From: Meiothermus sp.
Lineage (GTDB): Bacteria > Deinococcota > Deinococci > Deinococcales > Thermaceae
Direction of reading: 5' to 3'
DNA: 64,000 nt
Assembly: GCA_033762915.1 (NCBI GenBank)
Contig: JANRLD010000053.1
Span: forward strand, 32,001 to 96,000
The position numbers were made by a program, and so were the translations under genes. The notes under the pieces are model-generated. The model worked only from the letters and a program-made list of their open reading frames with translations. It searched no databases and was not told the DNA's origin. This document shows positions 46,773-56,603 of the stretch, piece after piece (position 1 is the stretch's first letter; the number at the start of each line of letters is the position of its first letter).

Positions 46773-49700
46773 ATGAGAGGAGCATTCAACCACTGGATCA
46801 CGACGATGGGCCTCTTGGGGGGTTCCGCACTGCTCCTCTCGGGGTGTGGCCAGACCCAACCCGCAACCCCGATTAATCCCAACCAACTCGACAGCCGGGG
46901 CGGCACGATCCGCTCCAGCGACGAGAAGGCCAGCCTCCAGATTCCTGGACAGACCCTGAGCGGCGCGGTGGTGTTCAGCCTGGCACCCAGCAATCAAACC
47001 GTCAAAGCCCCTGCCGACAAGGTGCTGGTCTCGGGGACGATGTACGCCCTCGGCAGCACCCCCAGCACCACCCTGGCCAAGCCCAGCACCCTCAGCATCC
47101 AGTATGACCCCGCCCTGGTGGAGGGCCTAGGGCGAAAACTGGGCGTGAGCAGCCAGGCAGCGGCCAACACCCTCGAGGTCGCACTCCTTGCGAACGGCGC
47201 TTGGGTGCCGGTGGGCGGCAGCAGCGCCGACCCCAACGCCTCAACCGTGCAAGCCCCCATCACCGAGATGGGGATTTATGCTTTGCTGGCCCCCGATGGT
47301 TCTAAACCAGTATGGAGGCTCGAGGTACGTGGCGGCATCGGGGCTATTGGGAACAACATCAACGAAGTACAGCCCATCGCCGAGGCCATCAACCGCAACT
47401 ACCTTTACATCAGTCTGAGCCGCAATGGTCAAGTTCCCACTAGCCCAGTAGCCCTCCACCTCAGCGGCCCCAACGGCTTTAACACTACGCTCCCCTATAC
47501 CGAGGGACGCAACTGGGGGATGTTCGGCCTTGCAACCCGCCAAGCCGGACTGTTCACCCTGCGCTTTAGTGCGGACGGGCAGGACATTTCCAGTACAGTA
47601 GACATCGCCGCGACCCCTACCTTGCCGCTGCCCGTAATCAGCGCGCAGGTGGTGTCCGGGCGGGTCGAAACCCGCTGGGAACCGATTGCTGCTGCCCAGA
47701 GCTACGAAGTGCGGCTGTATGGCCCCACCCTTTCGGTAGTGCAGACCCTGCAAACCAAGAATACCAACGCCAACCTGACCATCCCCTCTAATCTGATTGG
47801 TCAGAACATCGCCGTCATGGTGCTGGCCTACACCTGGGACAACACCCTCGAGCGTACCCAACCCTACCCCACAATCCTCGAGAAAACCAATGCCTCGGCC
47901 TCGCTGGTTTCCTTCACACAAAGCAATCCCCCCTCTAACCCTACCAACACTCCCAGGCTCATCAACCTGAGTCCCGCGACCCTGAGCCTATCAACCGGCA
48001 CGGGACGAACCGCTAGCGCTTATATCAACTTTGGCAATGGCGGCACGGCTCCCCTCACCTATCGAGCCTCGGTGAATAACAGTAGTTTCAGAATCTTAGG
48101 AAACGAGATCGGCAGCGTTGATCCTGGCTTGTTCCCACGCCTTCAAGTGGAAGGCACTTGTGGCAGCACCCAGAACACCCTCACTGGGATTTTCACACTC
48201 ACCACCAACGACCCCAATACTCCCACTCGCACTGTGCCACTGCGCCTCGAGTGTTTTAGCTTTACTGCCCTCCGGGCCGAACTGGTCTATAACGAGTTTA
48301 GCCATAAAGGCGGCTCTAGCTCCTACTACGACCCTACCCTCTCCGACGCAGAGTGGAGCCCGGACAGAAGCCGGATCGCCACTTACGGAAGCGGCGAGCA
48401 AGTCATCATCTGGGATGCTCAGACCGGGCGCTCATTGCGGCGGAGTCAGCAGGCCATTAACGCCTACAGCGGTACCAAGGTACTGGCTATGCGCTGGAGT
48501 CCAACCGGTGGGGACATCGCCTTCATCAGCTACAGCGGGGATAGAATCCGGATTCTGGATTCGTCAACGGCCCGCGAGCGCTTAGTTATCCGGGCACTCA
48601 ACGGCGATTTTGATCAGCTTGCATGGAGTCCGGACGGCACCCAAATCGCCTCTCGAGCCCGCAACGAACTGCATATCTATGAAACAACCGCCGGAAATCT
48701 GCGCCGCCGGATCAGCTTGCCTACGGAGTTCTACAACGGTGGGAGCCGCATCCTTGGCTGGAGCACCGACGGAAGCCAGGTGCTCACTTTGGATGGAATA
48801 AACTCGAATGGTACCCCGGTGGGTATCAACTTTTGGCGCGTTTCGGACGGCTCGTTGGCCCGCCAGCAGAACATCCAGATTCCTAGCTACTGGGGAATGG
48901 CTGGCGAGGCCCTCAGCCCGAACCGGACCACCCTGGCAATAGGCCTTAGCAGCACCAGTGGCTCCGATGACTACCGGGTGCAACTCTACCGCGTCAGCGA
49001 CGGACAGGCTCTACCAGAGTTCCCCACCAACCGAGCCAACCGAGACTCGCTCCGATTGCAGTGGAGCCAGGACGGGAGTCGGATACTCGCCTCGAGCAGA
49101 CAGTGCCCTGCGCTAAACCCCAACTCTGGTATCTGTCTGCACCTATGGCGTACTTCAGATGGAGCCCTACTACACAGCATCGCCACCAGCATTGACGCGA
49201 CCCAGCAAGGCATCACCCTCTCAGCATCGGGGGATCAAGCCTTAATCTCGTCCACGTCAACCGTGGCGAGGTTGATTTCCCTCGCTACTGGAAACCCTAT
49301 CCTTCTTCTGGGGAATCACGGCAGCAGCATCAGAAGCCTAGCCTTCGACTCGAGCAACCGCCTGCTCAGTGGTAGCAACAACACCAACTTTTCGGGATAC
49401 AACCTGAGCTTTAGAAACCTAAGCAGTTCCCAGATCACCCGCTTCGGCGATATAACTGCATCGGGGATGCAAACTGTCACGTGGATGCCCAACAACCGCG
49501 TGGCTGGGATCGAGGTGGACAGCCGGAGTGGATTCGCTGCTTTAAAGGTATTCGATACCACTACCCAGCAGCAGACTCGCTCCGTTTCCATTGAGGGGCG
49601 CTGGTTCGTGTGGAGTCCCGACGGACGCAGGCTGCTTTACCAGCCCAGCGAGCAACGTATCGGCATATTCGATGTGGAGAACGCCCGCCATTTGGCAGAC

Positions 49701-50204
49701 CTCGAGACACAGCCCAACGACTCAACTATAGATCGTACCAGCTTAGCCTGGAGTCCCGATGGCAGTCAGATCGTGCGACCAAGCTCGGGCGAGTTGGTCT
49801 TCTTCGACCCTCAGAACGGCAGAATTGTTCGGCGGGTCACCGCTTCAGGCGGATTCTTGCCGTGCTTCATGGGACGCATATTCTGGCAGGGTAACAGCTT
49901 GGTCTGCGGCAGCAGCTCAGGCCAGTTAGGGGTGATGAATGTTACCAACGGGCAAATGATATTCACTCAAAGCGAACCAACCTCCAGCGAACGCTTGGTC
50001 GGCTTGAGTCCGAACGGGCAGCAACTTGTCCTAGTTAGCGACACCACCACTCGAATCATCTCTCTGAACGGCATCGAGTTGCTTCGGATGCCTAATGGCG
50101 ACTACAACACTATCGGAGATGCCGCCTGGAGCAGCGACGGGAGTCTGCTGGCCTTTGGCGGAGTGACTTCGCTCGAGGTCTACCGCATCACCCCTCAGCC
50201 GTAG
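46773..50204 (+). CDS. Large lipoprotein with Ig/FN3-like modules and WD40/TolB-like beta-propellers
   Basis: Lipobox LSGC; many WSPDG-type repeats; visibly lower GC than neighbours. Confidence 0.85.
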   Translation: MRGAFNHWITTMGLLGGSALLLSGCGQTQPATPINPNQLDSRGGTIRSSDEKASLQIPGQTLSGAVVFSLAPSNQTVKAPADKVLVSGTMYALGSTPSTTLAKPSTLSIQYDPALVEGLGRKLGVSSQAAANTLEVALLANGAWVPVGGSSADPNASTVQAPITEMGIYALLAPDGSKPVWRLEVRGGIGAIGNNINEVQPIAEAINRNYLYISLSRNGQVPTSPVALHLSGPNGFNTTLPYTEGRNWGMFGLATRQAGLFTLRFSADGQDISSTVDIAATPTLPLPVISAQVVSGRVETRWEPIAAAQSYEVRLYGPTLSVVQTLQTKNTNANLTIPSNLIGQNIAVMVLAYTWDNTLERTQPYPTILEKTNASASLVSFTQSNPPSNPTNTPRLINLSPATLSLSTGTGRTASAYINFGNGGTAPLTYRASVNNSSFRILGNEIGSVDPGLFPRLQVEGTCGSTQNTLTGIFTLTTNDPNTPTRTVPLRLECFSFTALRAELVYNEFSHKGGSSSYYDPTLSDAEWSPDRSRIATYGSGEQVIIWDAQTGRSLRRSQQAINAYSGTKVLAMRWSPTGGDIAFISYSGDRIRILDSSTARERLVIRALNGDFDQLAWSPDGTQIASRARNELHIYETTAGNLRRRISLPTEFYNGGSRILGWSTDGSQVLTLDGINSNGTPVGINFWRVSDGSLARQQNIQIPSYWGMAGEALSPNRTTLAIGLSSTSGSDDYRVQLYRVSDGQALPEFPTNRANRDSLRLQWSQDGSRILASSRQCPALNPNSGICLHLWRTSDGALLHSIATSIDATQQGITLSASGDQALISSTSTVARLISLATGNPILLLGNHGSSIRSLAFDSSNRLLSGSNNTNFSGYNLSFRNLSSSQITRFGDITASGMQTVTWMPNNRVAGIEVDSRSGFAALKVFDTTTQQQTRSVSIEGRWFVWSPDGRRLLYQPSEQRIGIFDVENARHLADLETQPNDSTIDRTSLAWSPDGSQIVRPSSGELVFFDPQNGRIVRRVTASGGFLPCFMGRIFWQGNSLVCGSSSGQLGVMNVTNGQMIFTQSEPTSSERLVGLSPNGQQLVLVSDTTTRIISLNGIELLRMPNGDYNTIGDAAWSSDGSLLAFGGVTSLEVYRITPQP

Positions 50205-50250
50205 ACAAAAAATCTAAAATTTGACGGGGCTGGTCTGGGTTGCCTAGACT
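50202..50250 (+). promoter_or_regulatory. gntR promoter and second operator-like box
   Basis: TAGACAAAAAATCTA at 50202-50216; TTGACG-N18-TAGACT ending 8 nt before ATG. Confidence 0.6.
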
Positions 50251-50258
50251 GGCCCCAG

Positions 50259-50918
50259 ATGATCGAGCACACGCTCCAGCGCACCACCCTCAACCGCGAG
50301 GCCTACAAAACCTTGCGCCAGGCCATTTTGGGGCGGACGATTCCCAGCGGACAGAAGCTGGTGGTGCGGGTGCTGGCCGAGCAGTTGGGGCTCTCCCCCA
50401 CCCCTGTGAAGGAGGCCCTGAGCGCCCTCGAGCGCGAGGGCCTGGTGGTGGCCATTCCCCACCGAGGATATTTCGTCCTCGAGCCCACCCTCGAAGACAT
50501 CCGTGAGATTTACAACCTGCGGGAGGTGCTGGAGGGGCTAGCAGCGCGGCTGGCAGTGGCGAACGACGGGCAGGCGCTGGTCGCGAAGCTCGAGAAGCTC
50601 CTGACCAAGCAGCACAAGGCCGCCGACAAGGGCGACCTCGAGAGCTACGGCGACCTTGATCTGGCCTTTCACAGGACTTTTTGGGAGGCGGCGCACAACA
50701 GAAGATTGCTGGCAACCGCCGAGACCATCGACGGGCAGATTCGGATGCTGATTAACAGCTCGGCAGCGATTCCGGGGCGGCTGGTGGGCTCTAGGGCCGA
50801 GCACGAGGCAGTGATGGCGGCGGTGCGGGGCAAAGACCCTGAGGCAGCAGAGGCCGCGATGCGAACCCACGTGCGGAACGCGGGGCGGGCGCTCGAGGCG
50901 TATCTCATCAAGCCATGA
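50259..50918 (+). CDS. GntR/FCD transcriptional regulator
   Basis: LAEQLGLSPTPVKEAL..LE.EGLV, LREVLEG, FH, EH. Confidence 0.93.
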   Translation: MIEHTLQRTTLNREAYKTLRQAILGRTIPSGQKLVVRVLAEQLGLSPTPVKEALSALEREGLVVAIPHRGYFVLEPTLEDIREIYNLREVLEGLAARLAVANDGQALVAKLEKLLTKQHKAADKGDLESYGDLDLAFHRTFWEAAHNRRLLATAETIDGQIRMLINSSAAIPGRLVGSRAEHEAVMAAVRGKDPEAAEAAMRTHVRNAGRALEAYLIKP

Positions 50919-51814
50919 ACTACCTCGGACTCGACGCAGGAGCCAGCAGTTGCAAGTGGGCGGTGGTGGACGCCGAGGGCCGCACCATCGCCGAGGGGCG
51001 CAGCAGCCCCTGGACCGGGCATCTATTCGACGACCTGCAGCGCGGCAGGGTGCGGGCGGCGCTCGAGGAGCTCGCGGACCAAGTCCGGCCCTACTCGCCC
51101 CGGGCTGTGGTTGCGGGCGTGACCGGGCTGGACAGGGAGAGCAGTGAGGCGGAGCAGCTGTCGCGGTGGATCGCGGAGTTGCTGGATGTGGAGAGGCCCA
51201 GGGTCCAGATCATGGGCGACATGGACTTGATGTACCGGGCCAACTTCGAGCCGGGCGAGGGAATTCTGGTCTACGCGGGAACCGGCTCGGTGGCCTACCA
51301 CCTGACCAAGGATGGCGGCATCGTCCGGGCAGGCGGACAAGGGTTCATGATCGGTGACGAAGGCGCAGGATTTTGGATCGGCAAGACCGGGCTCCGGCAG
51401 GTGCTGCGCTGGCTGGATCGCGGCGAGGAAGTTGCGGAACGACCCCTGGCCCGCCACCTCTTCGAGGCGATGGGCGGCTCGAGCTGGCCCCGCATACGCG
51501 AGTACGTCTACGGCGGCGGGCGGCAGGCCGTAGCAGCGCTGGCCCCGGCCGTGGGCCGGGCCGCGCAAGACGGGGATGCGGCAGCCCAGACCATCCTGCG
51601 TCAGGCCGGGCACGAACTTGCCGAGCTAGGCCTGAGCCTCAAGTACCGCCTGGGGGACCTGCCGGTGACCCTGTGCGGCGGGGCACTGCGGGTCAGCCCG
51701 CTGATCGAGGGGGGCGCGAGGGAGCGCCTCGAGCTGACCGCCAGCGACGCCTCGGGGGCGCTTGCGGCGGCGAGGCTAGCGCTGGGGGCAGACAGTGGGG
51801 CCGGTAGCGGGTAG
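50915..51814 (+). CDS. BadF/BcrA-type N-acetylglucosamine/MurNAc kinase
   Basis: GLDAGAS, AGTGS, GG.GFMIGDEGAGFWIG; upstream of murQ. Confidence 0.85.
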   Translation: MNYLGLDAGASSCKWAVVDAEGRTIAEGRSSPWTGHLFDDLQRGRVRAALEELADQVRPYSPRAVVAGVTGLDRESSEAEQLSRWIAELLDVERPRVQIMGDMDLMYRANFEPGEGILVYAGTGSVAYHLTKDGGIVRAGGQGFMIGDEGAGFWIGKTGLRQVLRWLDRGEEVAERPLARHLFEAMGGSSWPRIREYVYGGGRQAVAALAPAVGRAAQDGDAAAQTILRQAGHELAELGLSLKYRLGDLPVTLCGGALRVSPLIEGGARERLELTASDASGALAAARLALGADSGAGSG

Positions 51815-51849
51815 GGGCGGCAAACACTTCCGAACGTCCCCACACGTCA

Positions 51850-52018
51850 AAGTTGCGCCAGGGTGAGTCTGCGAGATCTGTGAGGGTAACCGTTGCCTTC
51901 CTGGGCGAAGTGGCTTGCGCCATAGCCGCAGAGCGGCTACCCGGGGCCGAGTGGCTTACACCATAGCTGCATGGCGCAATTCCGCAAGCGTTTCGGGGCG
52001 GCATCTCGCAGTTCAACT
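51850..52018 (+). repeat. Repeat family A, copy 5, with internal duplication
   Basis: AAAGTTG...CAACTTT ends; AGTGGCTTRCRCCATAGCYGCA occurs twice. Confidence 0.8.
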
Positions 52019-52077
52019 TTTACCACACTTGGGCTGTTTCGCCGCTGCTGCCCTGTTCCCTGATATTGTCATAGCCG

Positions 52078-53010
52078 ATGAGCAAACCCATCTTGGCGAC
52101 CGAACAAGTCAGCGAACAATTTCGCGATCTGGACACCTGGGAGACCCTCGAGATCGTCCGTGCCCTGGCCGATGACCAGCTGGGCGCGGTGCAGGCCGTG
52201 CAGCGGGCCGCGCCGCAAATCGCTCGGGCCGCCGACTTGGCCGCCCTGCGGCTGGGGGGCGGAGGGCGGTTGATCTACGCGGGGGCGGGCACCAGCGGGC
52301 GGCTGGGGCAGCTCGACGCCTCGGAACTGCCGCCGACCTTTTCTTGGCCCAGGGAGCGCGCCCTGGCCTGCATGGCGGGCGGCCAAGCCGCACTGTGGAA
52401 GGCCATCGAGGGTGCGGAGGATGACCACGAGGCGGGCAAGCTGGACGTGCTAGCCCTTAGCCCGACTGCCAGCGATGTGGTGATCGGGATCGCGGCCTCA
52501 GGCACCACACCCTACCCGCAGGGGGCCTTCGAGGCAGCAAGGAGTGCGGGCGCCTTGACCATCGGGATCGCCAACAACCCCGGCACGCCCCTGGTTCAAA
52601 GCTGCGACGCCGCGATTGTGCTGGACACCGGCCCGGAGGTGATCTCCGGCTCCACCCGCCTAAAGGCCGGAACCGCCCAGAAGATCGCCCTCAACACCTT
52701 ATCCAGCAGCATCATGGTGCGGCTGAACAAGGTCTACGGCAACCTGATGGTCGACGTTCAGGCCACCAACATCAAGCTGGTCAGGCGGGCCATTCACCTG
52801 GCCCAGATCGCCACCGGGGCCTCGGAGGAGGAAGCCAAAGGCGCCCTCGAGCGCTGCGGCTTCCGGGTGAAGGTGGCCATCGTGATGCTGCGCTTGGGTC
52901 AGGACGCCGAGGCGGCGGCGGAGCTTTTGGGGCGGGTCGGAGGGAGCGTGCGGGCTGCCTTGAGCCAGCAGAGCGGAACGAGGAGGGAGGGAAGAGAAGA
53001 CGACACCTGA
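52078..53010 (+). CDS. murQ: N-acetylmuramic acid 6-phosphate etherase
   Basis: GAGTSGRLG.LDASE.PPTF, EGAED, TGPEVISGSTRLKAGTAQK, NLMVDV. Confidence 0.96.
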   Translation: MSKPILATEQVSEQFRDLDTWETLEIVRALADDQLGAVQAVQRAAPQIARAADLAALRLGGGGRLIYAGAGTSGRLGQLDASELPPTFSWPRERALACMAGGQAALWKAIEGAEDDHEAGKLDVLALSPTASDVVIGIAASGTTPYPQGAFEAARSAGALTIGIANNPGTPLVQSCDAAIVLDTGPEVISGSTRLKAGTAQKIALNTLSSSIMVRLNKVYGNLMVDVQATNIKLVRRAIHLAQIATGASEEEAKGALERCGFRVKVAIVMLRLGQDAEAAAELLGRVGGSVRAALSQQSGTRREGREDDT

Positions 53011-53158
53011 GGGTCTGGAGGGTCGAGGTTCGGGCCACCCCAAAACGCCCGGGAAGAGGGTGCCCGTGATTGCAGCAGGGCACGCCTTCAGGGCTTGGGG
53101 CGGCCTCGCAAATACCCTGGCCAAACCTTAGCCCTGCCCCCTCTTTCTCCTTACCCAG

Positions 53159-53407
53159 CTACTGCAAGCCCGCCTCCTGCAGCCAGGTCTTCAGCTTGAC
53201 GATGGAGAACCGGCTCATTGAGGCGGAGTGGGGGCCGTAGACCAGGGTGGGGACGGAGCGCTTGCCGTTGTTGGCTTGCAGCACCCGCTGCTCACCCGCC
53301 GGGTCTTTGTCGATGTCCACTTCGATGTAGGGGATTTTGAGGGCCTCGAGGGCCTGTTTGGCGGCGCGGCAGTCGGGGCACCAGCCGGTGGAGTACATGG
53401 TTATCAC
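53159..53407 (-). CDS. Glutaredoxin-like (mycoredoxin/NrdH-type) protein
   Basis: WCPDC, NGKRSVPT; TAGACT -10 box before GTG. Confidence 0.88.
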   Translation of the reverse strand: MITMYSTGWCPDCRAAKQALEALKIPYIEVDIDKDPAGEQRVLQANNGKRSVPTLVYGPHSASMSRFSIVKLKTWLQEAGLQ

Positions 53408-53571
53408 AGGCTGAGTCTAGGCTAAGCGAAGCGAGATTACTGTGATTTACGCTCGAGATGTAGAGTTTTCCGCGCCTTTCCCCATAGAATAATGCCGTCT
53501 TGTAAAGATTCGGCTGCTGGCTGACAGCTGCTGGCTGACGGCTACCGGCCAATCACCCCAAAGAGGACGCC

Positions 53572-54738
53572 ATGAGCAACTACACCCCCACCCCCGCCGA
53601 CAAATTCACCTTCGGGCTATGGACCGTCGGGAACATCGGGCGCGACCCCTTCGGCAACCCCACCCGCAAGCCCCTGAGCCCCGAGTACATCGTGCGCAAG
53701 CTGGCCGAGATCGGGGCCTGGGGCGTCAACCTGCACGACAACGACCTAGTGCCCATCGACGCCACCGCAGGTGAGCGCAAGAAAATCCTGACCAGCTTCA
53801 AAAAGGCCCTCAAGGAAACCGGCGTGGTGGTGCCGATGGCGACCACCAACCTCTTCGGCGATCCGGTCTTTAAGGATGGGGCCTTCACCAATGCCAACGC
53901 CAAGATTCGGGCCTACGCCATCCAGAAGACCATGAACGCCATGGATTTGGGGGCGGAGCTGGGGGCCAGCACCTACGTCTTCTGGGGTGGGCGCGAGGGG
54001 GCCGAGGTGGACGCGGGTGGCAACACCCTTGACGCGATTGCCCACATGCGCGAAGCCATGAACTTCCTGGCCGAGTACAGCGAGTCGCAGGGCTACGGGT
54101 TCAGGTTCGCCCTCGAGCCCAAACCCAACGAGCCCAGGGGCGACATCTACCTGCCAGTGGTGGGGGCGGCGCTGGGTTTCATCGCCACCCTGGACAAGCC
54201 CCACCTCTTCGGCGTGAACCCCGAGGTGGCCCACGAGACCATGGCGGGACTCAACTTCCTGCACGCGGTGGCCCAGGCAATCGACGCGGGCAAGCTGTTC
54301 CACATAGACCTTAACGACCAGAAGATGGGCCGCTTCGACCAGGATTTGCGCTTCGGGGCCGACAACATCAAGCAGGCGTTTTTGCTGGTGAAGCTGCTCG
54401 AGGACACCGGCTACTCTGGCCCCCGCCACTTCGACGCCCACGCCCTGCGCACCGAGGACGAGGCCGGGGTTTGGGAGTTTGCCAAGGGCTGTATGCGCAC
54501 CTACCTGATCCTCAAGGAGAAGGCCCGGCGGTTCAATGCCGACAAGGAGATTCAGGCCGCCATCAAGGCCTACAAGGTGCAGGACAAGGAGCTATCCGCC
54601 CTGACCAAGAAGTTCAGCAAGAAGAACGCCGAGGCTTTGAAGGCCAAGAAGTTCAACCGCGTCGCGCTGGGCGAGGCCGGGCCGGGCCTCGAGCGGCTGG
54701 ACCAGCTCACGATGGAGCTACTGATGGGGGTTAGGTAG
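53572..54738 (+). CDS. xylA: Xylose isomerase (class I, Thermus/Streptomyces type)
   Basis: [44 protein letters not shown]. Confidence 0.97.
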   Translation: MSNYTPTPADKFTFGLWTVGNIGRDPFGNPTRKPLSPEYIVRKLAEIGAWGVNLHDNDLVPIDATAGERKKILTSFKKALKETGVVVPMATTNLFGDPVFKDGAFTNANAKIRAYAIQKTMNAMDLGAELGASTYVFWGGREGAEVDAGGNTLDAIAHMREAMNFLAEYSESQGYGFRFALEPKPNEPRGDIYLPVVGAALGFIATLDKPHLFGVNPEVAHETMAGLNFLHAVAQAIDAGKLFHIDLNDQKMGRFDQDLRFGADNIKQAFLLVKLLEDTGYSGPRHFDAHALRTEDEAGVWEFAKGCMRTYLILKEKARRFNADKEIQAAIKAYKVQDKELSALTKKFSKKNAEALKAKKFNRVALGEAGPGLERLDQLTMELLMGVR

Positions 54739-54875
54739 GGGGCAGAAGGAAAGGCTTTTGGCCCTCGGCCCTCAGCAAAATCAGACCGCGGTGACCTGCC
54801 CCCCTTTGGGCCGAACCGTTTGTGAGTCCAGGTCGGCTCGGTGTTTACAGCAAAGGGGGGTTGGGGGAATCGCCT

Positions 54876-55784
54876 TTGACGCTCACACCTGCAGTCTTGC
54901 ACAACAACTCCTTACGCCTAACCGTGCTGCCTGAGCTGGGTTCGTGCATCGCGGGCCTCGAGCTGAAGCACCAGGGCTTCTGGCTGCCGGTGATGCGCCC
55001 GATGTCGGTGGCGGCGGTGGCGGAGGGTAGCTCGCCGGACAGCTCGAGCTACATCCTCGCGCCGTACTCCAACCGCATACGCGACGGACGGTTCAGTTTC
55101 GGCGGCGAGAACTTCCAGCTCAAGCCCAACTGGCCCGACGGCAGGATGACCATTCACGGCGAGGTGCACGCTCGAGCCTGGCAAACGGTAGAGCGGTCGG
55201 CGGAGGTGCTGACCTGCCGCTTCGCCGCCGACGCCGGGCTCAACTTCCCCTTCACCTACGCCGTCGAGGCCGGCTTCCGCCTCGACGGCCCTGTTCTGGA
55301 GTTAGACCTCAGGCTCACCAACACCAGCGCCGGGCCGATGCCGGCCGGGCTGGGCCACCACCCCTACTTCATGCGCCGACTGGGCAGCAGCGGCGACCCG
55401 CTGGTGCAGTTCAAGGCCGAGATGGTCTACCTCACCGACGAGACCCGCATCCCCGCCGGGCCCGCCGCCGCCATCCCCGCCGATCTGGACTTTGGCCGGC
55501 CCAGGGCCGTCGGTCCGACCTTCATCGACAACGTGTTCTCCGGCTGGGACGGCAGGCTGAGCGCGGACTGGGGCCACTTCAAGATGACCCTTGAGGCCCA
55601 GCCGGTCTTCTCCCACCTGGTCATGTTCACCGCGCCCGACGGCACCCTGGCTCTGGAGCCGGTGACCCACGCCACCGACGGCTTCAACCTCATGAGCCAG
55701 GGCCACGCCGACACGGGGGTGCGGGTACTCGAGCCCGGCGAGACCCTGCAAGGCAAGGTCTGGATCAAGCTCGAGGGCCGGTAG
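54876..55784 (+). CDS. Aldose 1-epimerase family protein
   Basis: PYSNRI..G.F, IHG, GLGHHPYF, LEPVT. Confidence 0.88.
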   Translation: MTLTPAVLHNNSLRLTVLPELGSCIAGLELKHQGFWLPVMRPMSVAAVAEGSSPDSSSYILAPYSNRIRDGRFSFGGENFQLKPNWPDGRMTIHGEVHARAWQTVERSAEVLTCRFAADAGLNFPFTYAVEAGFRLDGPVLELDLRLTNTSAGPMPAGLGHHPYFMRRLGSSGDPLVQFKAEMVYLTDETRIPAGPAAAIPADLDFGRPRAVGPTFIDNVFSGWDGRLSADWGHFKMTLEAQPVFSHLVMFTAPDGTLALEPVTHATDGFNLMSQGHADTGVRVLEPGETLQGKVWIKLEGR

Positions 55785-55899
55785 ACTTCTTTGAGGAGTT
55801 GTCCTACCCCGTACGCCGGTCGGAGCCCGGCCGCGGTGAGCGGGACAGATATTTAGACGAGGTTTAGTCGCCCTCCTTCCCTCCTTCCTCTGCCCTCTC

Positions 55900-56322
55900 A
55901 TGTCCCCGTCCGAGTTCCGCTTCCTCCACCCCCTGCGCGTCCGCTGGGCCGAGACCGACATGCAGGGCATCGTGTTCAACGGGCACTACCTGACCTATTG
56001 CGACGTGGCCATCACCGAATACTGGCGGGCCATGGGCTACGAGTACCCCAAGCCGGTGGAGCTGCTGGGGATTGACTTCTTCGTGGTCAAGGCCAGCCTC
56101 GAGTACCACGCCCCCGCCTGCTACGACGACGAGTTGCACATCGGTGTGCGGATGGACCGCATCGGCAACAGCAGCATGACCTTCAAGCTGGGCGTCTTCC
56201 GGGGCGAGTCCCACCTCATCACCGGCGAGATCATCTACGTCTCCGCCGACCCCCACAGCCGCAAGCCCCTGCGCGTGCCGGACGCCCTGCGGGGGGCGGT
56301 GGAGGGTCTGGAAAACGGCTAG
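55900..56322 (+). CDS. YbgC/FadM family acyl-CoA thioesterase
   Basis: RVRWAETDMQGIVFNGHYL. Confidence 0.9.
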   Translation: MSPSEFRFLHPLRVRWAETDMQGIVFNGHYLTYCDVAITEYWRAMGYEYPKPVELLGIDFFVVKASLEYHAPACYDDELHIGVRMDRIGNSSMTFKLGVFRGESHLITGEIIYVSADPHSRKPLRVPDALRGAVEGLENG

Positions 56323-56430
56323 TGTCTCCATAGTTGAAACATGCCGCCCGCCAACGCCCGCAGGGCACTGCGCCAGGTACGCATCTACGGTATCCGCCGA
56401 TGGCACACTTCCTTTCCTGGCGCACCTTAG
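56322..56430 (-). repeat. Repeat family A, copy 6, shortened
   Basis: TGTCTCCATAGTTGAAAC..TGCCGCCCGCCAAC matches 1460-1497; ends CCTGGCGCACCT. Confidence 0.75.
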
Positions 56431-56603
56431 GGGCAGCCAGCGGCGGCATCGAAACCCTGCCCTCACCCGGCTCTTGGGTAATTTGACCCAGGCTTAGATT
56501 AAGACACGTTCTATGCTTAATGGTGCAGAAGTCTTTCCGTCTGCCGCCAGCCCTGTGCATTCGTCCCCAACCCCGGCTGGAAATACTGTCCTGAGTCTAA
56601 ATT

